DNA from: Octopus sinensis | Lineage: Eukaryota | Assembly: GCF_006345805.1 (NCBI RefSeq) | Contig: NC_043005.1 | Span: forward strand, 103,168,001 to 103,232,000 | Direction of reading: 5' to 3' | Length of the DNA stretch: 64,000 bases | Shown here: positions 1 through 12,920 of the stretch, piece by piece | How the letters are laid out: the number at the start of each line of letters is the position of its first letter | Position numbering within the stretch: position 1 is the stretch's first letter | Translations under genes and position numbers: made by a program | Notes under the pieces: model-generated | The model's input: the letters and a program-made list of their open reading frames with translations, nothing else | What the model was told of the DNA's origin: nothing | Databases searched by the model: none

Positions 1-861
1 TTACATGAAATTTCTTGTCAGAAACAGCCACATTAATGGTGAAAGGAAATTCAAGGAAGACGTTGAAACTTCCCCTCTGCGAATTTGTTTTATTTAACAG
101 CAAAGGGAGCTATTTTTTCCAGGTGATAACCTAACAAAAAGCCTTTTTATTCTGTCTCCACACATAGCCTGCACATAAAATACACAACAAATACTGCATA
201 AAGTTAAATTGGTATAGAGCTTTCTGAAAGATATGTGTAGCTTTCGCTAGTGGAAGCAAAACTTGGCGGAGTTATGATGTAAGCATGTGCTAAAACCCCT
301 CATAAGTTTTTTATTTTTACGATTTTTTACAAAATTTATTCCATTCTGTTATCTGCATAATGGAATTGATAAGACTATGCAAAAAAAAAATATATAATTT
401 CTTTCCCCACAATTTTTTTTTTATATACGTCGTTGTTTCAAAATACAGAATCTACCAGTCGTTTCTCCATATAATTTCCAAATAATTTTTAAATACTTCA
501 AATTCAAAATTGCTTAAATATGTGCGCCAGAAACAGTAGTGAAAAATTAAGGAAATAAATTTGGGAGAATTCTCTTGTCACGATTGACTTTTAGTGTATT
601 GTTCAAATACCTTCTGAAACTTATTCATATACATGTATAAATGCTTACTGAAACATATATAAATATATATACACACACACATACATGTTTACAGAATTAT
701 ATATATAAATATTTTGGCATATCTACACAATTATGTCCCAAAGATTAAATGTTTCTTAATGAAATTTTCTACAAATATGCTTCAGGTCAAATTGGAATTC
801 ATTGTGAAAACCGTTTGTCCCTAAATGAGTTTTAGAACATTAAGACCATTAGGCTTTGTTG

Positions 862-895
<34 letters not shown>

Positions 896-1672
896 TGTAT
901 GTATGTATGTATGTATGCATGTATGTATATATATATAAGTGGGTGTATAGGTATTATATATTTACACATGCACATACTCACATACAAAACTGACACACCG
1001 TCGGTTACGACGATGATAGGTATCCAAAACTCGTCCAACATGATTTTGTTCCTCTTAAAAAGAAGCTTTCGTCTACTTCGACTATCCGTCATACAACTGT
1101 ACGGATGTCTGTCTACTAATATTGTTGATGGACATACAGCATGTCGCTGACATTACACATATAAAGTCCAGGATTATGTAAAAAAAAATTGTGAGAAGAC
1201 TGTCAACTGACTTTTATTCCGTAAAAGTATTAAAAATTATTTGGAAATTATAAAGAGAGACCAATGGTAGATTCGGACTGACCGTATGTTAAAACTACGA
1301 ATTAAGAAGAAAAAAGTTGCATAATCGTATTAATTCCCTTATGCAGAAGACAGAATCGAAAAATATTTGTAAAAATTCGTAAAAATAAAAAGATATGAGA
1401 GGTTTTAGCACGTGCTTACGTCATAACTCTATCCGAAGCTCTTATTTAAAGGTTGATTCTTTGGGACGAATCGTATATGATTGTTTAAAAAAAGAGAGAC
1501 CGACAATGTAAAAAGGTATTTGAAAGAATGGGCAACTGTTGAAATAACATAATGGGTGGCTAAATAAGCATCTGTAAAGTGAAACAACACATTGGCAGGA
1601 TTTGTCGGAGAGGAGGAACGGTGAATACCTAACAGAATAATAATAATTTCTAACAAAAAAATAAATCGTCTC

Positions 1673-1817
1673 AGTTCTATATTTAAGAGATGAAGGATTA
1701 TGTACATTATTTACACAATTTACCACTACGCTATATGCCCGTGGGCATATGGCGCGGGCTACTAACTCCGAGATTTCGAGTTCGATTCCAAGCAGTGACC
1801 TGAACAACAACAACAAC

Positions 1818-1867
<50 letters not shown>

Positions 1868-2033
1868 TAATAACATCGAAAATTACCTTAGGAATGAGAA
1901 CCCAGGTTCGTAATTTCCCCTAGACACCTGAAGAAGGTTGGCGGGTATATCAGCCGAAACGTTATTTTAACAACAAACAAGATGAGGACAAATATCCGTC
2001 GAATGTAAATAATGTAAATATATATCGTCTCTT
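1673..2033 (+). mobile_element. Penelope-like pseudo-LTR unit: short inverted copy of its own 3' end, tRNA-like remnant, (AAC/AAT)n, HHR motif
   Basis: 1743-2033 matches 61081-61360 (minus), which lies directly downstream of a GIY-YIG C-terminus. 1673-1715 is an inverted copy of the unit's 3' end. Confidence 0.75.
1923..1968 (+). ncRNA. Minimal type-I hammerhead ribozyme-like motif, stem I damaged
   Basis: gacac-CTGAAGA-a-ggttgg(cgggtata)tcagcc-GAAA-cgtt with palindromic AACGTT stem III. The 3' strand of stem I reads atttt instead of gtgtt. Confidence 0.55.
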
Positions 2034-4075
2034 TTACATGGATAATTTAAAGCTTTTTCAAAAAATGACCAGGAACTACAGACCTTACTAACAATTATAA
2101 AGCAGTTCGGTAATGACGTCAGAATGGAGTTTCGCCTAGATAAATGCACAAACGCTACTTTTATCACAGGGAGAATGACATCCAACATTAAGTTTGACCA
2201 AGAATATGCTATAAATGAGTTAGAACCAGAGGCAGGTTACAGACACCTAGGGTATATGAAAATGATGGTATTAAACGGCGGTGCATCAGCATGGCCGCAG
2301 CTCTGAGCTGAAACAAGAAAAACGAAACGTTCAATGATGAACGAAATGTTATCGCAGGGTAAGGGCAATACTCAAGACACATCTAACCACAAAAAATTAA
2401 GATCGAAGCAATTAATACTTTAGCCATAGCCATAGTGGCTTACAGTTTCAATATTATCAATTGGTCAATTACTGAAATATGTAAACTTGACCTAAAAATT
2501 CAAAAACTGCTGACAGTGAATAAAATGCACCACCGTAAGGCAAATCTAGAACAATTTTACTTGCGAAGAAAAGACGGTAGCGCTGGACTCCTACAAATTA
2601 AATTGACAATGAAGATTGCCACAATTGGTACAAACGCATATCTGAAAACTTCTGATGACGAGATGCTAAAACTCGTCTTCAAGCAGGCAAACAAGAAAAT
2701 CTGCACACTCAGTAACAAAACAGGCAAGGAAATATCTAACGAAATTCCAAATTTATCAAATCCCAGAATTAGATGTACTGAAAACATCCAAACGTGTGAA
2801 AACCCATACTAAATCTGCTGCCCTAGATAAATGCCCAATGATAAATGGCAAAAGAACCCTCTCAATGGCAAAGACCCGAAGAGAAATAATAATGCTGATG
2901 TTGACAAAATCCTTACCCATCAATGTTTGGTATCTTCTGGTTTAAACATAAACAGAAGGGTTTATCATACAGCCCTGGATCAATGCCTATCTACAAGAAG
3001 CTACCGAGCCAATAGCTTAAAGAACGGTAGTAGCCCAACATGTCGTGTATGTAAACAACAAGCAGAAATCATTGATCATATTGTCTCCATGAGCAGCTTT
3101 CTTGGCCTCACAGATCCCTGGGTAATCTGCAAGTACCTGGAACTGCTCCATAAGAACAAAATCTGTTAGGAACACAAACTACATCCAGTGCTTGAAAATG
3201 CTCACATCTCTCTCCTTTGGAACTTCACCGTTCAAACTAACAGAAATATAGATGCAAACAAGCCAGACATCATTCTGTAGGGTTTTAGACAAAAGTCATA
3301 CCTCCTCATCGATACGACTCTCCCAATCGACATTAATGTATCTGTCAAAACCTACCAAAAACTAAGCATATATAAAGATCTTGAAATAGAAATTGGTAAA
3401 ATTTGAAACCAGAAGACTAGAACAATACCTGTTGCCATAGGTGCCCTAGGTATGATAGAAAACGGGGCTGATTGTTCCTTATATCAGATACCAGGAAATC
3501 CCAAAATGGAAGAAATTCACCAAATAGCGCTCGTAGGAACTGCTCATAACCTAAGAAAAATATTGTCTCTGTGATACCAAAAACATTTTATTCTGTGAGC
3601 ATTATCAAAAGTGCCTTTAAATATACATAATAGTAAACACGTTTTACTGTCATTTTACGATCACAAAGTTATCTTACCATCAAATCACTTATAAAACAAA
3701 CTTTTAATTAGAAATATTAAATTTCTAAATATCTCAGAGAGATATGAGCGGTGGTGGAACGATAGAGTGGTTGTATACTGTCAACTGAACGTGACAGTCC
3801 CATAAAAGGAATCACACCACCGCTATTTAACCCTAGGAAGCATCGACGCTTCCTGTCGGCTTTGACACATTTCCTGTGTCCTTATAAAAAAACTTTTAAT
3901 TTTCTTATGTTTAACAGATATTTTCTAGAACAATACTCTGTGCAAAACCAAAATTATGATACGCCAGTCATAATACCGACTTGAACGTCTAACTTATTGT
4001 TTCTGGGTGAGACTGGAGTCAACTTGTACAAATACAAAGCAAAAACCAAACATTTAATAATAATAACAACAATAG
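2034..4075 (+). mobile_element. 5'-truncated, decayed R4/Dong-type non-LTR retrotransposon (RT C-half, CCHC finger, RLE endonuclease, 3' UTR, (AAT)n tail)
   Basis: Begins at YMDNLKLF (RT YxDD). ORF pieces FRLDKC, YRHLG, MHHRKANLEQFYLRRKDG, CRVCKQQAEIIDHIVS, KPDII and YKDLEIEI...TIPVAIGALG. The 3' UTR at 3995-4060 matches 50207-50280 (minus). Confidence 0.9.
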
Positions 4076-4641
4076 CAAGAACAATAATTATTGTTATCAT
4101 CATCATCATTTTCATCATAATTTTTATCAGTTTTATGAATGATATATTTCACATGGCTGTAAAAAATATGACGTTATTTTAGTTGTATGTTATGGTCAAA
4201 AGAAAAAAAAACGTATGGAAAAGGAACGAAAAACCGTTACGCTGCATAAATACAAACGGAAATCAAACACCGGAAGAGATATTGCCATCAATTGCAGATG
4301 CAGCAGAATACATTTGTAGAATGAGAGAAGAGCTAGTCTGAAGCCTGTAGTAGAATAATGCATGACATTTATTGCAAATTGTTACAAAACAAATGGTATA
4401 ATATGATTATGTGAGAGACTGAAGCGAGGCTAAAGTGTAAAATGTTTGTCGAGAAGACCGACATAGGGAACTAAGGTAACAGTCAACAGTGAATTAAAGA
4501 GAGACAGAGGGGCAGGAGAAATGAGAGGAAGAATGACTGAGACAGGGATTGTGAATAGAATATATGGGTCGAAAATGCAAATCTGAAGCTGCAGCTTAAA
4601 CACACACACATGCGTGCATACATACGTACGTACATACATAC

Positions 4642-4703
<62 letters not shown>

Positions 4704-5061
4704 AGAGAGTTTTTATGTGTGTGTGTATGTGCCTATGTTCCTTATGTATTCTAAAACTGAATTGACGATTTTCACGTATGGGGTATCAAAAAATTCAGTA
4801 GGCTTTTCGCTACCAACTAAACAATATCTTCATTCACATATTTGCTTTACAAAAATTTAACACTGTCATTTTTCTTTTAGTCCCTTATCGTAAACGACAT
4901 TTTATATCATCACCTACAACGACGATGGCGTCACATTTTCTTTATGAATCTGTTCACGCGTTCGTCATCTACTGACAAGTATATGTGTATGACAATGTAA
5001 AGTTGAAAAAGTGTGACACACTGACATGCTCACATTCGTATTTATTATATTATACTATATA

Positions 5062-5265
5062 AAGGCGGCGTAATGACAAAATCGTTAGCACGCCGAGCGA
5101 AATGCTTAGCCTTATTAGGTTTTGAATTCGAATTCCGCTCAGGTCCATTTTGCCGTTCATCATTTCGAGGTCGATAGAATTAGTACCAGTTACGTACTGG
5201 TTTCGCTGTAATCGACTTCATCTCTTATCCCCAAATTTGAGGCTTTTTGCTTCCAGTAAAATGGA
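5062..5265 (+). mobile_element. tRNA-derived SINE family A, diverged copy
   Basis: ggcggcg..gttagcacgccg..gaaatgcttag head and central gaggtcgat..agtaccag domain, shared with more than 10 copies in the window. Confidence 0.85.
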
Positions 5266-5580
5266 CTTATTTACGTTGAAAAGTGTGACACATTGACATT
5301 TGCATTCATTATATTAGAAATGTTTAATTTTGGGGAAACTTTATTTCAACGAAAGTTTTATTTATATATGTGTGTGTGCGTGTAGTGTGTGTGGTGTGTG
5401 TGTGTTTGTGTATTTGTGTGAGTGTGCGTGTGTGAGTGAGTGTGTGTATATGTATTAAAGAAAGCAAAAAATAAAACAAAAATGGTAGAGTTCAGTATGT
5501 TGGTGACAGGAATTTCTGTCAAAAAGACATAGTTAAACAAATTTTGTACATCATCACCCTCTTTTTCTCACATACCCACG

Positions 5581-5630
<50 letters not shown>

Positions 5631-8600
5631 ATTATTCCCACTGCCACCATCTACTTTTAATAAAATATCATCAACTATCCCTAAATTTATTTGTCCCTGT
5701 TTCTCTCCCTCTCTTGTTTCTTTCTCTCTCTCTCTCTCTCTGTCTTCGTCACCACCCTCACCGTCTCTATGCTTATTATTACTCTCACCCCATCATGAAG
5801 AATAAGTAGGAGTGTCACTGAACTGCGAGAGAGGGGGGTCTGCTTACGACACACTGACATACAGAAGTTAGTTTTCGCATTTTTTATATTAGATAAGTTA
5901 TCTGGATGTATATGTGTGTATGCTTGTGTGATTGTGTGAGCGTGTGTGAGCGTGTGTGCATATGTGTGGTGGATTTCTCACTATCCAAATGTCAATGGTT
6001 TACTAAGAATTGATTCCTATTCATTTTTCTATTACTGATCTCTTTCACTACCTCTCGTTTGCTATACTACACACTTTACACTCATGATCTCCCATATTCA
6101 TCTTTTATTTAATCTGTTTATATCTAAACTGATCTCATTCACTTATGTGTATAATTATATTTATATTTTGTACATACGTTACACGATGTATTAGTTCCTT
6201 ATTTAAGCATCAAGAATAGAGGTGGTAAGTGAAGATGCACAAACATTCTAGGACTTCTGTATTGCCATCTGATTTCTGTGATAGCAGTGTAGTCCAGAGT
6301 TCTGACAGACTTTGTCTTCTATGATTTTTTGCAGCATTTCATTCTTCTGCAAGTTTCTATATGAATATGGACTGTTATTACTTTGATCAGCAACTATTTC
6401 ATTAACTGAATACGTCCTGGATATTTCCTAAGAGATTAAAATGAATTGGATACGAATAATATGAAATGTCCATTCATGTTACGCGAGCGTATATTTGATC
6501 TCTGACGGCTATTCTTTTCGTGTATAGCTTTCTTGATAATATATCACCTAAAAGCGCAGTGTTGCTATTTTGCTTGTAGGGTAGAAACCTCTGTTCCTAC
6601 ACCAGCTCATTTTCATCGATAGCGCTTTGTACTTAGGTGACCATTTGACATGAATTGAAACAGCGGGTACAATACCACCACATTGATTTCTTTACCAGCG
6701 TTTGACCTGAGTGGATGAACGCATACTTGTAAATTACACCTCAAAATCTGAGTAGAAGGGAAGTGAGTCATAAGATGCGAAAAAATGAAAACATTCTGGT
6801 ACATGTGGTAAGGAATTTTCCCCCCTCTTTGTGTAATAAAATGTTATGTGTAATCATGCCAGGGAGCGTGCAGACATGTCTACATATAAGTCTATTTAAA
6901 AGCGCTTTAGATGCAAATAAAGCTATCAATTAGAGAACCTGTTAGACTGAAGAAACATATAGAATCGACAAATTAGAACAACGTGTCTGTGGCATAAGAG
7001 TCAGTTGTAAGACCGATAAAATAAGGAGGGGTTGATAATTTCAAGTATAAAATTAAAAACTTTATTTGTATAAACCAGAAAATGAATCCATTTGTCTTTG
7101 CTTCGTTTAAAGAACTGAAGTTGAAAATAATTCTTTTCAGAATTCAATCAACTCCAAAATTAGGGAAGATACAATAATTCATAGAATAGGATTTTACAAT
7201 ACCTGTTATACAGGAAACGGTGCACAGAACCATGACTTTACATGAATCGGACTACTTGAGTGCAATGTACAGTGTGGCTGCGATATTATTATACTAAGGA
7301 AACACTGGCGACTTTAAAAAATATTTATTGTTAGACTTCAGAATGTTTCATTCCTCCTAATTTTAAACACAAACAAATATTCCATATTGCAAGTAGGAGA
7401 TGAACATTTGGCAGATAAATAAAAACACGCAGCAATAAATACTGAAGTTTCGCTCTGTCTTTTTCAGATTTTAGCATCCTTCTTTTTAAAACATTGTATG
7501 GAAGCTTGAATTAATGTATATTGATTGAACTATGCTGTATAATACTTCGCATCATTTGTTCAAAATCCGAGCAGGGTATTCAGTAGTAAATAAGACAATA
7601 TTCATTAAATACCAGTAAGCTGAGATATCATTAATAATTATAATTCTAAGATTTGCAAACAATTATTTAAACCAGGATCACAATTGGATATTAAATGGTA
7701 TTTTACATTCCCGGATTTTTATCTTCAAACTGATATAAAAAATAATGCATATTTTTCTTTTGCTGTAACTTTGTTCAATGGTGTTTTTCTCAACATTAGT
7801 ATTGACTAATCACGGAGTAATCTCTATAAGTATTAAAGAAAATGAGCGAAAGAGTTGTTCATTTAAACCTTAGCGAATTAAAATCGAAACAAATCCTTGA
7901 CGTGGCATTTAATGATGATTCGTGTTTCTAAGCTTTGTGTGACTAAATTATACTTCATTGATTCCCCATTTCATACAGAGGAAGCTTAAAACTGATGCCT
8001 TTTTCATAACTACACTTTATGTTATTGTGTACAGATTTAATATAAAAATTTATCTATTCAAATGTTCTGTCGTTACGGAGGCATGTTTCTCAGAATAAGA
8101 ATTTCACTTCGTAAATGTGTAGGTTCGGCTTTCAACCCAATGAATGGGGATTTGAGAACGCATATTATGGTGAATGCAAAGTAGTAACTGGAAACTTATG
8201 TGGGAGTCGCTAAATGGATTGCTTCAGTTTTTGTGTAGTAGACTTAATCCGCTGCACAGTTAAATATGTTCCTACAACACCTTTATTTGATTCTACTCAT
8301 TCACAGATATCGGACAAATGTTCTTTTTGCAGAATATTTTCCTTACTGTATAAGACAGTATCCCTATCGCGTTTGCCTTATAACTTTTGTTTTCTACCAT
8401 TCTGCATTTGACAAAGTCAGTGTAAAAGAGGAAACAAACTTCAATACAGTATTTAAGTTTAAAGAAGAAATTGACTTTATTTTTCTTCATCGATAATTGG
8501 TAGGATTATTCTCTGTAGCACAGAGAATATGCATCATCCAACTGGAGTATTAATTCGTTAAATTAACACAGTGACTTGAATCTAGATGAAGAATACTTGT

Positions 8601-8673
8601 ATGTATTTCAAAACGAAAAATGTTATCTTGGTGCAATGTCATGTACGTTCATTATCAAGATATTAAAAATGTA

Positions 8674-9105
8674 AGGTGGCGAGGTGGCAGAAACGTTAGC
8701 ACGCCGGGTGAAATGCTTAGCGGTATTTCGTCTGCCGTTACGTTCTGAGTTCAAATTCTGCCGAGGTCGACTTTGCGTTTCATCCTTTCGGTGTCGATTA
8801 AATAAGTACCAGTTACGCACTGGGGTCGATATAATTGACTTAATCCGTTTGTCTGTCCGTGATTATCCCCTCTGTGCGTAGCCCCTTGTGGGCAGTAAAG
8901 AAATAAGCAACGTTAGCACGCCGGGCGAAATGCTTAGCGATATTTCATCTGTCTTTATGTTCTGAGTTCAAATTCAGCCGAGGTCGACTTTGCCTTTCAT
9001 CATTTCGGGGTTGAAAAATTAAGTACCAGTTGTGTACTAGAGTCGATTTAATCGAGTGTCCCCTTCCCCCAAATTTCGAGCCTTGTCCGTCGAGTAGAAA
9101 AGATA
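8674..9105 (+). mobile_element. SINE family A tandem dimer (full monomer 8674-8905 plus 5'-truncated monomer 8909-9105)
   Basis: Two consecutive copies of gttagcacgccgg..gagttcaaatt..gtcgactttgc..agtaccag. Confidence 0.92.
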
Positions 9106-9195
9106 TTAAATGTGTAAGGTAACTATATATGTGCGTATATATGTGTGTCAGTGTGTATTATATACGTAAATGTATATGTGTGTGCTTGTGTCTGT

Positions 9196-9345
9196 GTTTG
9201 TCAGCCCCCACCGATTGATAACCGATGTTGGCGTGCTTACGTCCCCGTAACGTAGCAGTCCTGGGATCGATTTTTCGACTGAAAACATTTAAGGTGGTGC
9301 TCCAGCATAGCCGCACTCTAATGACATGACTGAAACGAGTAACAG
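9196..9345 (+). mobile_element. SINE family B, 3' half
   Basis: tacgtccccgtaac..ggtggtgctccagcatagccgca..atgactgaaac is the reverse complement of the tail of the copy at 53537-53938. Confidence 0.8.
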
Positions 9346-9380
9346 AATATATATTTATTTATTTATTTATACTTATGGTG

Positions 9381-9570
9381 TAAATATACAAAAAACAAAA
9401 GACAGAGAGAGGCAAGGGAACAACAAACAAGGTGTATTAGTTTGGCGCTCAGGAGGAATGGAAAAGTCTTTGACGTTTCGAGCCTATGCTCTGCAGCAGA
9501 AAGGGATGAGGAAAGTAAGTAGAGAAAAAAGACGGAGCGAAAAATACGCTTCTGGACTAACGGTTTCGCG
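9381..9570 (-). mobile_element. Penelope-like pLTR fragment with degenerate HHR motif (9468-9503)
   Basis: Minus strand cttt-CTGCTGC-a-gagc(atag)gctc-GAAA-cgtc-aaag; related to 10425-10603. Confidence 0.6.
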
Positions 9571-10392
9571 CACACGCACACACACATATGTAGGTGTCTG
9601 TACATGTATTATATACGTATGTTTAAACATAGGAATATACAAATACACAGGAATCAACAACACACGAGGAAAACTCCAAAGTAAGCCGCCAATATGTAAA
9701 TGAATTCTTCCCCATACTTCTTTCTCTCTCCCTTTTCCCCCCTTCACTCGCTCACTGTCTCATTTCATGCGTGCATGTGGATGTTTGAGAATTTGCAAAC
9801 CTGGGCACTTATGTATATCTGTAAGATGCGACATGTGTATAATTCTTATAATTGTACACCCCTGTAGAAGTAAGATATTCAGATACCCGTGTATTATAAG
9901 AAGCAATTATACTGTATATTTATATCAAATCTGTGTTGGAAGATTTTAGTTATTATTTTGCCTCCATGACAGCTAATCCGAATAGTTATTTTCATTCAAT
10001 TTTATTTGAGACTTTGCCATTTTCAGTTATTCCTAGTATAGCATATTCCCATCAATTTAAACACTATTTCAACCGCTGCAAAATGCAATTTTACAATTCG
10101 GTTTGATATTTTTATACTTCTGTATAGCAAAAAGAATAATGTAGATGCGGATGATATTCGTTTATTTTCAGCTGTCGTCAAAATATTGGCATACGTACGA
10201 AGTTGAGAGCAAATAATTATGTACTTGATTTACACAGGCAAAGACACACATTACCACACACGAGCAAACACACACATGTATATGAGGGGTTATACACATA
10301 CATATATTTATACGCGTATATGTGTATACATATATACATACATATATATATATATAGATACACATATATATATATATAAATATAAATATATA

Positions 10393-10423
<31 letters not shown>

Positions 10424-10519
10424 AAGTTAATCCAAACAAGAAAACACAAAGACAACAACGCAAGGATGTGGAACAAATAAAGTATTATTGGACGCTCAGG
10501 AAAGAAGGGAAGAAGGTGG

Positions 10520-10554
10520 GTTTGACGTTTCGAGCGGAGCTCTTCGTCGGAAAC
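10520..10554 (-). ncRNA. Minimal type-I HHR-like motif
   Basis: gttt-CCGACGA-a-gagc(tcc)gctc-GAAA-cGTC-aaac: 4-bp stem I, 4-bp stem II, GUC cleavage triplet, U4C core variant. Confidence 0.7.
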
Positions 10555-10637
10555 ATAGGAGAAGGAAAGATCCCGAGACGGGAGGACAGAGGAAAAAAAT
10601 TGCCAGTGGTATTCACGAGGTCACATACTATATATAT

Positions 10638-10939
10638 GGAGGTGGAATGCCCCAGTGGTTAGGGCAGCGGACTCGCGGTCGTAGGATCGCGGTTTCGACT
10701 CCCAGACCGGGCGTTGTGAGTGTTTATTGAGCGAAAACACCTAAAGCTCCACGAGGCTCCGGCTGGGGGTGGTGACGATCTCTGCTGTACTCTTTCGCCA
10801 CAACTTTCTCCCACTCGTTCTTCTGTTGGCCTGCTCGCTTAGCCAGCGGGGTGGCGTCATTTGAAAGCTAAGACAATGCGAAGCGCATTGTGACCAGCGA
10901 TGTGTATCAACATCTGATAGCCTGGTCTGTCACGGTGAT
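10638..10939 (+). mobile_element. tRNA-derived SINE family C inserted in the pLTR spacer
   Basis: A-box-like tgccccagtggttagg (10648-10663) and B-box-like ggtttcgactccc (10691-10703), followed by a GC-rich body. Confidence 0.8.
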
Positions 10940-11030
10940 CTCAACTTCTGTTCTTTCAACATGTGATCTCTTGAGCACCATCAGCAAAAATTTTTTCCTC
11001 TGTCTTCCCTTCTTGGGATCTTTCCTTCTT

Positions 11031-11065
11031 GTTTCCGACGAAGAGCTCCGCTCGAAACGTTAAAC
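11031..11065 (+). ncRNA. Minimal type-I HHR-like motif
   Basis: gttt-CCGACGA-a-gagc(tcc)gctc-GAAA-cgtt-aaac. Confidence 0.65.
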
Positions 11066-12844
11066 CCTCCTTCCCTTCTTTCCTGAGCGTCAATAATACT
11101 TCAATTGTTCCACGTCCTCGCGTTGCTGTTTTTTTTCTCTTTTTTACTGTGTTTTCTTGTTTGGATTAACTATATATATATATGTATATATGTACATATT
11201 ATAGTAGAATGTTGCATCATTCTACCATTCTTAATGTACTGTATAAAATGGCCTGCCTTTGTTTCAGCTTTTCTATCTTCTAAGTTGACATAACACTAAT
11301 GTGAAAGAAGCTAACGAGCTTCATTCATTTTCCGACGCTTACACATCCCAAAGCCATTGGTTGACCAATATCGTTATTTCACAATATTGTGCATCTAGAG
11401 AGAATCCAGAACATATTTCAAAGAACTCCTGGAGTACGATGAGCGATTGAAGACGAACGTATTGTGGCCTCTTAGCTTATAACACCTTATAATACCATTC
11501 AGAGATTTATATTAACATTCTCTTCTTTTTTATACTGTTTGAAATCTATTTCCACCCCTTTCTCGATCAACATTTCGTCTGTAAAACGCTGGTATATTTA
11601 TACAGGTCATCCGATAGAGTATACACTTCATTTCCATCCAAGAGCGGCAGATTTCTGCTTACAAAATGGCTTCATATTCATAACAGAAAAGTCACTCCTC
11701 AGCGGAGTATATACGTCATTAGATTACTTCATTATAGGCGTAACACTGATCTTATTATTTGCTTTGAATTCCGATATTATCTTTGGATTTTTTTAAATCT
11801 CTAAAAGGCCTTTCGATCTATTTTGGATTCCATACATTCTAGATCGTCTGTGGTGTAAATAAATCGATTGTTGCTACGAAGTGATGCTCCTTAGTCGTTA
11901 GGTTTCCCATGTTATTGATGTTGTTGTGATTGATGTTTGATATATTCAGCAATTATGATTAGATAGAAGTGAATACCTTGCAATGATGACATGCCATCCA
12001 TTTTGACAAGTCTAGTATTTTTCCTTGCGATGCAAAGTGATCAACATTTTCCTTGATTTTCCATTCTAATTTCTTTTAATCTTTTAACACAGCTAAGTAG
12101 AAAGCTATTCAAATTATTTTTAGTATCAAATGTATAACTCCGCGTTTTGTTTATAAACTTTCTTCCAGAAGGCTACTTCTATGGTATTATGTTTCCATCT
12201 TGAAGGTTCGTGAAGACAAGGATGTCGATGACCATTCCGCCCGAACATTTATCACTTACCTATATTGTCACTTACCTATATTGCATCACAAAAGTTACTG
12301 ATGTCCATGGTGGTAGCCGTTTTCTACTAAAATATTGAACTACTTAATGGGAATATGTGTATCTCAGTAAATGTTTGCTTTAACCGTATATTCTCATATG
12401 AAAATGTCATATTTGGCGTAATACGCATTACTACAGCTAATATCAAATCTTAACACGTCTTCAATTATCAAGTCTTCCAGGCCTGTCCACAAATCATCTC
12501 CCAACCGGGAGAAAGAATGCTCCCATGTCTTTAGCAAAACTCGGGATTTTTCCTTTTTTTAGTTCTTGCACAAATATAGATTCTGTGGCAGACCGGCTTC
12601 TGATATATGACCGAAATTGTCAAGCTTTAGTTCTTTCAGCTGAGTATTTTATATCTTTTATTCCAGTGTTCAAACGATGATGTTAGATTAGTGTCCGTTA
12701 AACTCCTGTTTGAAGTAGGTACGTGCACAGGTAATGTTCTTGTGGTTGGGGCTTTTGGCCATAATTCTGCTTAATTAAAATTCCGATAACAAAATCATAA
12801 ATATAATAATTAAAGAAATTGATTAATTAATGAATGAATGAATT

Positions 12845-12918
<74 letters not shown>

Positions 12919-12920
<2 letters not shown>

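Larger units (their letters stand above)
10425..11171. mobile_element. Inverted pair of Penelope-like pLTRs (arms 10425-10603 and 10984-11171) between (TA)n tracts
   Basis: The arms are reverse complements (about 85%) and each carries an HHR motif. Confidence 0.8.

Noticed and set aside
832-1150. ORFs rich in YIHT/MYVC (also 36449-37004, 38871, 41030, 42826, 46643 and others)
   Set aside because: Translations of (TACA)n, (TA)n and (TATC)n microsatellites.
1743-1800. Possible tRNA gene
   Set aside because: No D-arm or acceptor stem and a mismatched T-stem; treated as a tRNA-derived remnant within a repeat.
6613-6915. Possible CR1/L2 C-terminus (FKSALD-like)
   Set aside because: Only a short motif; I could not reconstruct a frame.
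12235-12340. Minus-strand AG|GTAAGT donor sites (16-bp tandem duplication at 12251-12283) as a host exon
   Set aside because: The candidate exon is tiny, has no recognisable peptide and no partner exons; needs RNA-seq.
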